From Podarcis filfolensis (taxonomy: Eukaryota): 64,000 nt of DNA. The translations under genes and the position numbers were made by a program. Shown one piece after another: positions 52,401 to 64,000 of this stretch; position 1 is the first letter of the stretch, and every line of letters starts with the position of its first letter. The notes under the pieces were generated by a model, which saw only the letters and a list, made by a program, of their open reading frames with translations, was not told the DNA's origin and did not search any database. The stretch lies in the NCBI GenBank assembly GCA_964270895.1, contig OZ185443.1. One strand, given 5' to 3'.

Positions 52401-53410
52401 CATATAACACTGAACATGCAACTATTTTTGCCCTTAGTTCTCCAAAGGCTAAAGAGTTTCCCCACTAAAGATAAGTGGATTACTCCAGAAGAATGATATA
52501 TGGATCACACATTCACTTTCCCTATTCCAGTAATAAATAAAAAGTAGTATTTGAGAGTACGAGTGCTGTATAATATAGTTAAATCACAGAAAATGGGTAT
52601 TACTTAACATATGTTCTTAATTCCCCAATATGCTTAGCAACAGATGAACAACAGAACGCAGGGAGCCATGTGTAACAACTTTTGAATGCATGTCATATTT
52701 TGCATTTGGTATAATATTAAAATGTGAATTTACAAAGTATTCTATCTAATGACTGTTAAAGCATCAGCTGGTTTCAATGGACAGAGGGCACTGGATTTTT
52801 TTTTTTAAGCAACAGTGAACCTTCAGAATGATATGAGAACAGCTGACAGCTATGCTTATAATTTAAAATAAGGGTGCATATTATATTTAGTCATGGAGAA
52901 AATGCTACTTGCCGACACTACACAAAGCAACATATGTGAAACATTAATTCTGAAATATAAAAAACCTTTCACAGTTAAGGAAGAAAACCCACATGAGGCA
53001 GTATAACCAGAAGCCCGAGTGAATTTCAACAGAAACCAGACGTAATAAAATAAAATGTAAGTCTCTGGGGATTTGTGTAAGAGGGGGAGAAAGACCAAAA
53101 ATAAAGATGAAGCATGCATGATAATAAGGAGGGTTTCTTAATGTCACCCTGCATTTTGCATGACACATTTAGCAGCTGTGGCACACAGCAGTGATGTAAT
53201 GCATGTGTCTAGCAAATACTTTCAGACTGAACTCTGCCCACTTCATTCTAGCTAGTGGCAGTCACTGTGATCACAGAACAGAAAGCAAAGCACTGTCCTT
53301 GCTGTTTTATCACCCTCCTCTTTAAAGATATGCCTAGCCATAATTCAGTGTGAATCATCTACAGTTTGCTCTGTATGGCATAGGATGTTGCCATGTCATA
53401 TACTGAGTTA

Positions 53411-53762
53411 AAGGTAAAGGGACCCCTGACCATTAGGTCCAGTCGTGGCCGACTCTGGGGTTGCAGTGCTCATTTCGCTTTATTGGCTGAGGGAGCCGGC
53501 GTACAGCTTCTGGGTCATGTGGTCAGCATGACTAAGCCGCTTCTGGCAAAGCAGAGCAGCACACCACACGGAAACGCTGTTTACCTTCCCGCTGGAGCGG
53601 TACCTACTTATCTACTTGTACTTTGTGCTTTTGAACTGCTAGGTTGGCAGGAGCAGGGACCGAGCAACAGGAACTCACCCCATTGCGGGGATTCGAATCG
53701 CCAACCTTCTGATCGGCAAGTCCTAGGCTCTGTGGTTTAACCCACAGCGCCACCCGCGTCCC
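53411..53762 (-). mobile_element. Full-length Sauria SINE
   Basis: Reverse complement of the 49105 copy; flanked by tatactgag at 53399-53407 and 53763-53771. Confidence 0.93.
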
Positions 53763-53771
53763 TATACTGAG

Positions 53772-53990
53772 GTAAAGGTAAAGGGACCCCTGACCATTAG
53801 GTCCAGTCGTGGCTGACTCTGGGGTTGTGGTGCTCATCTCGCTTTATTGGCCGAGGGAGCCAGCGTACAGCTTCCGGGTCATGTGGCCAGCATGACTAAG
53901 CCGCTTCTGGCAAACCAGAGCAGCGCACGAAAACACTGTTTACCTTCCCGCCAGAGCGGTACCTATTTATCTACTATTTATCTATTTATC
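53772..53990 (-). mobile_element. 5'-truncated Sauria SINE (3' ~200 bp)
   Basis: Same tail and body as the neighbouring copy; truncation point shows tatttatcta stuttering; followed by tatactgagtta at 53991-54002. Confidence 0.9.
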
Positions 53991-54765
53991 TATACTGAGT
54001 TAGACCTCGGCTAATGTATCTGTCCGCAGTGACTGATGCTCTCTCTCTGGAATCTGAGGTACGAGTCTTCCTTAGCGCTACCTGGAGATGCCAGGGATTG
54101 TTCTGCCATTGAGCCACATAGCTGGCTTTGTTCTCCACTGCTAAGTGGCGCAGGCATGTTGCACACATAACATGCCCATCACTGTATTTCCGTATCACTG
54201 GTTATTATAAACCTGGCAGTTGAATGTTTGAATTGACTCCACTGAAACACACAGCATTTCAGGTGATGCAAAGACAAAATGAAAGTTCTGTCTGTAGCAT
54301 TCAGGGCAAGGATAGAACAATGAAAAGGAGAGGATGATAGTGAATGAGTGAGGCAGGGATTACATAAGCACATCAAGAAGGAAAAATTGGAGCAATACCT
54401 TACAGACAGGCTGGAAATGGAAAACAAAAAGTGATGGGGAGCAAGCAATGTTTTTATTTATTTATCTAGTCATTTCAGACATTTATACCCTATCCTTTAA
54501 ATGACTTTCCTGGGATGCCTTATGATAAAATATTACTATTTTAACTAGGACGGGGAAAGAATTTGGGTTATGTTGAATAGTAGCAATCTTCCAAACTTAT
54601 ACCTCTCTTTGATTTAAGGCAAAAATAGTCACTTTTATAGAGCACTCCTTCCTTATGATCGTAACAATTTTTACAGCACTTCAATCTATTGAATTTATTT
54701 GTTCATTCTTTTTTAAAGGAAAGAACACTTTGAACAAAAAGTACGAACATGCTTAAAATGCTTAC

Positions 54766-54786
54766 CTATGTCTAAAATCTTTATTT
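54766..54786 (-). CDS. TENM3: TENM3 21-nt alternatively spliced micro-exon (splice site B; adds RNKDFRH)
   Basis: Minus strand reads ...ccttcccaccaag|AAATAAAGATTTTAGACATAG|gtaagc. Phase 2 to 2 and frame-neutral; inclusion gives LELRNKDFRHSSNPAH. Not in the ORF track. Confidence 0.93.
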
Positions 54787-55145
54787 CTTGGTGGGAAGGC
54801 AAGGAAAGGAAGAGTAAAAAAAAGAGTATTAGAAAAAAAGTTAGATGAAAAGTTGTTAAAAGAGGGAACAGTAAATAGGTAATGGTCTGATAAGGTTGCT
54901 GATTGTAATTCCATTCAGTCATTTTTTATCATCTGAATAGCTGAGATATTTTGACAGCTATCTCCATGAGTAAATGGCTTGAGAAAATGTCCCATCTTTC
55001 TTCAACCTCATTTTAAAATATTATTTTTAAAGCATTTGCATTTTTATTACAGTGTTCAGGTGTATATGGAAACATGGTATCATAAAATGACTGATTCATC
55101 ACATAATCTCGAAACCAAATGTTTTAGGAGTAGATAAAGATATAC

Positions 55146-55395
55146 CTTAGTTCAAGAACACTTGTTACATTTCCAGATGGGAATATCCGTCGAACATAGT
55201 TAAAATCCCCTACGTACAGGCTTCCATCAATACCACAAGCTAAGGCAACGGGAGCCAAAAGCTTATTGCCATCTGCTTGACCATTGCAACTTGGGCAAGA
55301 AATGCTACGTCGTCGACCATTGCCCATTATACTACTGACAACTGGTGGCTGCTGAGAGATGAACTGATTTTCCCCATTGCCTTTGTAGAGGATTC
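55146..55395 (-). CDS. TENM3: TENM3 window exon 3 ([12 protein letters not shown]...GNVTSVLEL), start of NHL beta-propeller
   Basis: Acceptor ttttctccag|GA; donor CTAAG|gtatat; 250 nt, phase 1 to 2. Confidence 0.95.
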
Positions 55396-58300
55396 CTGGA
55401 GAAAACACAAATATGGTTTCCTACATCAGTGGAGTATTTTTGCCAGTTACATATTTTGATCAGAAAATACTAAATACATTTAATATTCCACACTGGACTG
55501 TATTTCAAAGGTGTCAAGATCAAGAGAGAGGACAATGACCACCACGCTGGTTCTCCTGAAATTCAAGAGAAGCTTGCCCATAAGAACTGGAAGCTGCTAT
55601 CTGGAAGTGGCACTTTAGAAGCCTGTTGCACATGTGGCCATCCATTTCACTCCCACCCACTGAATGAAACTCTTTGTGAAAAAGGATCAAAATATCACTG
55701 TTCATATTTACAATCAGCTCAGAAGGTAATCAGAACAACCACAGCAAGAGAAAAAAGTATGTAAGATAACAGTGATGTTTTTAATAACAAACTTCTATGA
55801 AAAGTTGGCAAATGCTTAAAAAAAGGATACATCTGGAAAAGTAGAAATGGGCAGAACTCGTGTTTGCAACAGTTACCTTGGGGCAATCCAATAGGGAGCA
55901 ATGATATACAAGTGGGTGCTGTGCATGTGCTTCTCATGGCTGAGAAGCTGAGCTGTTCCTGTGCAACCCCCCACTGGATTGCCATAAAAAATCGCTTTCT
56001 GACCTAAATACAGTTCTATGTTCCTTCTCCTTCCTCCCAAGCAGGCAACTCATTCTATTTAAAACCACTTGACTTGAGAATCTCCCAAACTGGATTTTTT
56101 GGCTCTGGGAAACATACACAGTACCCATTTGCATGTGCATTTTTCTCAGTTGGATTTGGGTGAATGTTGGTTTGGAATGATGCATTCCTGTTCGTTTATT
56201 CTGCACTGTTAGAATAAATTGCTTACATATGTCCTGTTACGCATCACACACCCACAACATTATACCAGTAAACTATTATTGTAAATAAGTTTTCTGACAG
56301 CCTCAATTTCCCATTGTCAAATGGTCTTATTTTACGCAAAAGAATAAGTTGTCTTTGCTAGCAGAACCCGGCTCTATAATGTATCTGCAGTTCTGTACTC
56401 ATATGTCAAACACAACAAAAATGTTTGGGCAAGAATCATTGGGAAAAGAAGAAGCATTTCTCCAGCATCATTTTTATGGCCTTCACAGGAAATGTGGAGA
56501 AGCAATATATGTGCCTAATATTAGGCTTTCACGATTACAACTATATTTTGTTAAAACATTACCACTATCCTCATTATTATCCTGATTAAAGACTCAGTCA
56601 AGGTCTGCTGTGAGAACTGTCTGCTATTACTGTTACACTTATTCCACAGTAAATCTCAATGTGTTATAATCCATGGAAACCACATGTCACTTTGTACTGT
56701 ATAGTAATACTTGCTTTATTGATCAAGTGTACAATATTTCAAAGATAGCAGTACTAATGAATTTATTTTTGTCCCACAATAACTGTTAAAATACATTTAG
56801 GAAGTTCTATGACAGCTTTCTCCAACCTAAGGTTACTTTTAATTTGAATTTCAATGGGTAGATATTTTCCATAAACAGAACATGTTCCTTGGGCTGTGCC
56901 AATTACTTTTCTAATGCCATGCAATCCGAGAGAGGTATACCAGAGGACGGAGAACATTATGAAATAAGAGGAAATGAAAATGGCTTATGAAATATAAAAG
57001 AAAAGCCATGTAAATGAGGCTGCATCATAACAGCACATGGATTACATTTCCCCAAGAAAAGTTGGAACGAGAATGCACTAATGGAATCTGAAATCCCCTT
57101 CCTATGATCACATCATTTATGACAATCAGGAAACCATAATTTTGCTGAAATAGCTGAGTTCTATAATTTTCATCAGAGGTATCATACAAGTCAGCACTCA
57201 GCACTATGGTACCTGATTTATTCTGTCATTACTTTGAAAAATTGCCCTTTCGCATCTCTCTTCTATTACCACAGGGGGAAAGATGAACATTAGAATATTT
57301 ATTGCTGTGATTCAGGGTGTCCGTATAAACACCTGTCACTGTCTTTGCTCCCTTGTGAATAAATTTCCCCTGCTCATCCACCCTGTCATTACAACTAGCC
57401 ACTTCATTTATTCAATTAGACAGGCATCACTTTGAAAAGTCATTACTTGTCAAACAGTCCCCTGAGCATAAATTTAGGAGCATGGCTGACTCACCTTATG
57501 ATCAGAAACTACTGAACAACAAAATGAGGAAAATGAATGTACACGTAATTATCTCAGTGCTTACTTGCTTTGTGCCAGTTCCCATGATAAGTTGCATTGG
57601 CATTCAATGGCAGTACACTTATTAACCCTTGCCTCCCAGTGAAATGTACCATATTCACATGAAACGAAGTCTCTCTGTAACTAATCCCATAATAGCTAGA
57701 ATTACATACCAAAAAACATGATCTTGTTAACTAGTTCTTAGACATTATTTCGGTGCCCTTTGGCTTCCATAACATTCTGCATCCTGGCCTCCTCCTTTCT
57801 AAGATAGGTCTTTGCCTATCTTAAATCTGAGATCATTTCTCTGCTTCCATTACATAACTTCCAGTCAACATGAGTGTCATTAGTCACCTTTACTAAGTAC
57901 CTGTGTGTCATTGCCGCCTGCAGTTAAATGGCAGGCACATTTCACTCTAAAACTGGCAGCGTTCCAATGACAGGAGAAGTATTTCCTCCATGCAACTTGT
58001 AATGTGTTTCATAATATGGAAGAAAATATACATGTTGCTATATTGCAGTTGTAGCTGGAGTCATACTGCTATGGAAGTCCCAATATATTTAAGCATAAAC
58101 TGTTTGAATGAAGAAGCTTCATGGGGCATCAAGCAAACTGTTTAACTGAAACAATAAAGCTCTCCAGTAAATCAGACATATTTACTTGGAAGCCACAAGT
58201 GAAAGAGGAGCTTGTGCCTGAGTAAGTGTACTTAGGATCACAGTTTAGCTGCTAAACAACAACAACATCATTAGCGATGACAGAGAAGAAGAAAAAGGTT

Positions 58301-59142
58301 GGAGAAAGCAGGTCAAGCAGAGAACTATGGGAAGGAAACATGGGTTTTCCTTTTCCTTTTTTTGAAACATGGATTTTTATCAGAGATTTAAGGGGGGGGA
58401 AATGCAGTAAATACCAGAGATTTAAAAGAAGTAAAAGAATAAAAGAATAGTTGGAATTAAATAATAAAGATATGTAAAAATGAGTAAAGGAAAGTTAATG
58501 AAGCAAGGAAGAACCACTGGAAATGGAAGGAAAATGGATGAAGTTTTTGGAAGAGAGCCTCAGGTACACAGCAGAATTCAGAAGGGGGGGCAACTTAATG
58601 ACAGGTGCTAGCGCCATATCTGATTCTTTTTAGCTCTGAATGGAATTGGTATTGGAGACAAGTAGGAATGGTGCATATTTCCTGCATACCAGTGCCAGTT
58701 CTGTTGTGGACTAAAAACCTCCTCCTCCCCCAATAACATATTTGTATAAAATACATTTCCCCACCAAATATTCGAATTGACAATGAGAGGCTTAGGAAAC
58801 ACTTATTTATTTGCATAGAAATACAGGAGTATTCATGCTAGTGAGGCAAAAGAGGAGCAATAATGCTAGCTGTACTTGACACAGTTCCATGGAAACACAT
58901 CTGGTGGGGGAAGACTAGGCACAGCATAATGTTTTTATGTAGTATGAAGAGGAAAACATTTCCTGGTGTTGGCATGGACTGAAGCTATGCTTATAAATTC
59001 AACATTAATTCAAATTAAAGAATAATTCTAGGATAGTCATGAATGTGTATTACTCATAACTTTTGTTTGACAGACAATGAATTAATTACATTGTCAGTAT
59101 GAGTCCAGAAAAAAAGAATATTAGAATAAAATGGAGACTTAC

Positions 59143-59286
59143 CATTCTGAACATCCAGGACGTGGTGCTTATCTAGGGTCCAGCCCCCCATGTTGGAGGC
59201 ATCCAATTCATAGCCTTGTAAAATAGCTGTCCGTTTTTCCCACAGTGTTAGATCCAAACAAGATTCATATTCATAACCTACAGATA
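59143..59286 (-). CDS. TENM3: TENM3 window exon 2 ([20 protein letters not shown]...LDVQN)
   Basis: Acceptor ttccag|TA; donor AATG|gtaagt; 144 nt, phase 1 to 1. Confidence 0.95.
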
Positions 59287-60208
59287 CTGGAATTAAAAAG
59301 AAAAATATTTATTATTAAAACTACCCTTCCTCTCTAGATACCCGAAGACAGGTTCTAAGTATTTTCACTGAACAGGGTTTCCAATTACAGGGAGGTTTCT
59401 TGGCCTGTTAACACAACACACTTAGAATATCAGTTTTTCCTCTGGGTTAGTGTTAAGATACAATCTAGAAAATATATATTTATAATTTTCAACAAATCTT
59501 TTGCAGGGATGGAGGTGACACACCTGTATAGCCTGCTTGGCTAGAATTAGTTCAGGAGTTCCGTGCACCGTGTCAACCCTAGCAATTATATTCAGGGAGC
59601 AAATTTTAATCTGTGACTGACGTTTCAGTCAATTAATTGTACTGACTGATTAAAGCTTGAAGCTCTATATACACATGATATATTGATGCTTCCTTGAAAT
59701 AATTTAAAGCCTTGAGTTGTTGAAAAACATCAGATGTTTAATAGCAATTTAAGGCAATTAAAATCATTTTGTTTTTTGAAAGCACCACAGGCAGTCCAAG
59801 ACTTTGTCTGCGAAAATGATGGTGCAACTATTTTCCCCATCTTAAGTCTGTCTCAGACCTGATCAAAACAGTCCTCACAATTTGTTACTTCCAGGTACTA
59901 GTTTGGTTAGATGTGATAATTACAAACGAAGTGTAATTCCTTTGTGATTTTACAGTTCCATTCTTCTTATAAAAATGGAAAAATATGTCTATACCACATT
60001 TCAACTCTAAGAAGAGCCCTCAAGTCAGCTTACAACAATTTACTGTTAATAGTAAGCTGTTGTAACAGTAATTGTTAACAATTAAAAGTTTACATTCATT
60101 CTACACAGTATACTGAACTCGTATATCTTCATTATTAAATATTATTCTATGTTTTCTAGATAATGCAAACAAGCAAACAAAACCCATAACAACACAAATA
60201 AGACCTAC

Positions 60209-60476
60209 CAACAGCTTCAGATAAACCATAGACCTTTTGGTTATACGCGTCAGTTTTATCCCATATGAATGTGTAAGCCAAATTTGGGGATGCAGGGAAC
60301 CATTTTTGGAAAAGTCTTCCCACCACTGCCACCATGAGATGAACCTTCATTAAGTTAAATGGTATCACTGACTGCGTCATGGTGATCTTAAGAACGGATT
60401 TATACCCTGCAGCTCTGGAGCTTAAATAAGACAATTTCAAATCAGTTCCTGGGACTGTGGTCTCCTCATGTAGTAC
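60209..60476 (-). CDS. TENM3: TENM3 window exon 1 ([25 protein letters not shown]...YGLSEAV), Ig/FN-plug region
   Basis: Acceptor ttttttag|GTA; donor GTTG|gtaggt; 268 nt, phase 0 to 1; overlaps ORF 60156..60440. Confidence 0.95.
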
Positions 60477-63400
60477 CTAAAAAATAAAAAGAGGAAAATG
60501 ACAAATTAATCTCAACTAGCAAGAATTTTACTGCATGTGATTGATCAGAAACTATCAGAAATACGTTTTCTGTAGAAAGATACAATTGTTTAAACAACCA
60601 TTGGGCTGACTACCTAAACTTCTGAAGCATGATGTGATGGGTTTTTTTAGGATGAATATATGCAAAAGTTTTTACAACCTTATTTGCTACAGCAATTGCT
60701 GCATCAGTGGATGTACTACCTATAAAATAACTGTTACATATGTACATGTGTACAAAATACTGTGATCTGAGTGCTGTAAAAGACAATGGTTTAGGAAGGA
60801 ATGGTCTGTATGCCTCCCCTCCTTCATGAGCCGGCTTGGTGCTGTGCTCTTTGTGTGTTTAAACCAGAAATTTAAACCAAAATTTCATCCTGCTCTCAAA
60901 TTTTGGTTGGTAAATCCAGCAGGATTGAAGCACTGCAGCATCATAGGACAGGCATGCACACATGCCCTTCTGCTTTTTATTTTGGAACCTTTCTATCTGG
61001 GAAATTTGCCTCTTACGGTCCAGTCAAACTTATTTCCTGTCTTGCCATGGTTCCTTTAAAAAGCCACACAAAACTTCCCTGAAATATATCCCTCATCAAC
61101 TGGCTGCTGATGTGGGTGAAGAGGAAATGGATGTGAGGGCATTTATTGCCAATGCTGAAGCCCTCAAGAAGCAGGCTGGGAAAGGAGATGGGGGAAGGCC
61201 AGACACCTTTGGACATGCAGGCTGAGAGCTGTATGAGTCTCTTTCTACCTGGGTTGAGGCTCTGGTGAGCAGGATGACAGTGTATCCTGCAAAACCCCTG
61301 GAAGAGCTGCCCTTTCAGGTGAGAGGGAAATGGCACTCAGCCTTCACAGCAGCTGCTTCTGCAGTCTGATGAACCACTGGTGTGTTTGGCCCTTCTGACA
61401 TCATCTGTGTAGTCTGGGGCCTCTCAGCCTAGGATGGTATGGCAAGAGGATGTGCATGAAGACATACCTCTGGGAAAGTGGAGTGGCACCTCACTTCTTT
61501 TGCAGAAATGAGCTGCTCTTCTTTAAAGTCTAAACATAACCCTCTCTGATTTTCCTGCTTCTACTTACTATATTTCACAATTTAGTTCTAATTACTAAAA
61601 TGGTTTTGTTGTATGGCATTTCAAAATATTGCCTTCAGAATATTTACATTGGCAATTTTTCAAGGAAGATGTTTAAAACAGAAATTTTCTTTCCTTTCAT
61701 TCTCAAGCTAGATGGCTGCCTTAGGGAAAGCTTCCTCATGCATTCTGATCAATATTCAACCCTTTCTCATATCAGGAGAGCACAATGATTCAATCTTCTT
61801 TTTAGAGCCTTTCTTGCCTAGAAAAGTGTGTGGGTGATAGTTAGACAAGATGGGTTTCTGTCTTCCATGGATTAAGGTAGTCAATCATCTTTATTTCATT
61901 CAAGACTTCCAACTAGATTTTTTTCTTAACCACACCACTAAAGCTTTAGCTGTAAAGCCACCAAACAGCTCCATTAAGATGAGAAGATTTCTAAAAAGAC
62001 AACGATAAATCTCATATCACTAAAATATGGTGCCTCTGAAACACATAAAGCTCAATTCTCAGGATGTTGGCCACCAACTCAAAAAGCTGCCTCAAAGTTA
62101 GCCTAAACCAAGCTTCCAGGTAGGAGCCATCAAGGAAAGATCTGCACTGCTCAGCAGCATTCCAGTTTAGGAGGTGTTGATGCTATCCAGGCAATTTGCA
62201 GGGCAACGCAACAGCCGCCATGGCCCAAGTTTGGAGCGAAGCATCTCCCTTTGCAAGATCTCAGGGCACACCACACTTCATGTGGCTCCATGAGCTTTCA
62301 TGAGGGGGGCACGGTGGCAGGAATCATGAAGAAGTACTGCCTCACTGGTTAACAGCATAGGCAGTATTCAATGCAAGTTTTACTCAAAGCAGACCCACTG
62401 AAATTAATGGCACTAACTAAGCTACGTTCATTCATTTAAAACTGAGCAAAACTGAGTTGAATACCCACGTTTACCAGGCAAGAGCCTCCCTTCCCCCAAA
62501 CAGAATCCTGCAATTGTGGGTTAGGTCTTGAAAACTGCAAGTGGAAGGAAGCTCTGCCCCCTCCTCCCCCTGAAAAAAAAAAAAACTTCTAGGGAGTGGG
62601 AGGGACCCCTTTCAATAGCATGGCATGCGGGGGTGGCAAGTGCTGTCACCTGATCGTGGATGGGGCAATTGCCCAGGCTCCACTGCATACTGTTCAAGAA
62701 AATGAGCCCAAGCTGCATTCTGGTGTTTCACCTTTTCCTTTGTCTAGCTGGGAGCAATGAACAACAAACTTTAGTTTTAGTGTGATGTCTGAACCAGTGC
62801 TTATGGTTTGTTTCTCCCAAATAACCATGTTCAGGAAGCCAACAGCAAACTTTGGCTTCACGTGGTAATTTGCTTGGACAGAAACAGATCATGAGTGTTG
62901 ATTAAGATATCAAACTAAGTCAAGGATTGTCTACATTATGATTTGAACAAATCATACACCTTGGCTTAATGTTATCTGTGATTGCTGTTCTTTTCTGCCA
63001 CCAGACTGTCCTGGCAAACAGTAAAGTGTTAATAAGGTTTTGAATCCATAACTAGAGTAGCACACTGGTATGCTATGAAAATGGTGCAGAATGTTGCCAA
63101 CTCATTTTACTACTGTAGCTGATTCTAGTGAAGGAAAACCAAATGGAAATGAACTTATTTGTTTTGTTTTTCAAGTTATCACTTACACATACTTTATATG
63201 TCTTGCTTGATAATTTCTTTGAAAAATTACACTGTTCTGGAAAGCCTGGAACTGTATTGATTTATTGTGACTAATGGTTTTTGTGAGAGATGAGGATATT
63301 CAATATTATGTACTGTGCATCTGAGCTTAACATTCAGCCCTTGGGAATTATATATATGCGTCACTTCTACAACAGAAGGTAAGAATCCTGTGAGTGCACA

Positions 63401-64000
63401 GAGTTTGGAGAAAGCACCCCTATAATTTATGTTTTCCTGCAAAAATACGTATCAGATATGTATTAGCAACAGCGCTAATATGCCCACACATCATAAAAAA
63501 ACTATTCATATTAGTACAGTTTAAATAAAATCAAGGTGTGAAAGTTTACTTTTTTCTTAAAATAATCCTTTCTTTCAAAGCACTTTACCGAGAGGCTTGT
63601 AAATTATTAATTTTAATTGTTTATAGACTTGAGTTTAGACATTTCATCAGCTACTGCCAAAAATCAAAGCTATGTTGCCACGGGTAGTATTTTGAAACTA
63701 ACTTTTGATCTCATCTGCAGTAACCAAAGGCAGCGGCATAACAGTGACAGATAAAACTGGCTCCTGCTTAATTATTCTGTGTTTTCCTTTAGGCTTCCAG
63801 TCCACATCAACGAATGATTATGTTTCATCCCCTTCCACCTTGCAATGCTAATGGAGTAGGGCATTATGAGTCTAAAACACAAGTTTTATAGCAGAATGTT
63901 TTGAGTTGCCTAAATAATATTACATAGCAGTCCTTAATTTCAAAATAAAAACAACTCTTCGTTTTGAAACGTGGTATAGGTCACACCATGTATTTCAATA

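Larger units (their letters stand above)
53379..54122 (-). mobile_element. Squam3-like SINE split by two Sauria SINE insertions
   Basis: Tail cataggatgttgcc...tatactgag (53379-53407) resumes at 53991 with tatactgagttagacc...ctacctggagatgccagggattg...ccattgagcca. Confidence 0.7.
15314..60476 (-). other. TENM3: Teneurin-3 gene, 3' portion (13 coding exons in window; 5' exons lie beyond 64000)
   Basis: Spliced exons give a continuous 5154-nt frame (1717 aa + TAA). The sequence matches vertebrate teneurin-3 as recalled (e.g. [79 protein letters not shown]). All junctions are GT-AG with matching phases. Confidence 0.96.

Noticed and set aside
58260-58560. Purine-rich low-complexity stretch
   Set aside because: Could be an old L1 3' remnant or simple low complexity; no diagnostic motif.
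60477-64000. Search for the next upstream TENM3 exon (ending ...IIPETQ)
   Set aside because: Not found; it must lie beyond the window.

Overview
Vertebrate genomic DNA, most likely a lacertid lizard (Podarcis-like, inferred from Sauria/Squam1, Squam2-like and Squam3 SINEs). The only protein-coding gene I can support is the 3' part of teneurin-3 (TENM3/ODZ3) on the minus strand. I read 13 coding exons between 60476 and 15314 with GT-AG junctions and consistent phases: 5154 nt, 1717 aa plus stop, covering the Ig/FN-plug, NHL beta-propeller, YD/RHS shell and Tox-GHH/TCAP-3. The 5' exons lie beyond position 64000. One exon is a 21-nt micro-exon (54766-54786, RNKDFRH) that the ORF track misses; it matches the known teneurin beta-propeller splice switch and carries neural micro-exon signals. 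The 3'UTR is interrupted by a 132-N assembly gap. The rest is intron or intergenic DNA with hAT, Tc2 and Tigger MITEs (several with exact TSDs), SINEs, CR1/L2 tails and a possible solo LTR. The best leads are inverted Sauria SINEs around the micro-exon intron and a six-exon block (possible dsRNA or circRNA), a triple-TSD double SINE insertion, a NAGNAG acceptor and an in-frame intronic ATG ahead of the TCAP exon. I found no clearly novel multi-gene system. Family names come from recall of consensus sequences, not from database searches.
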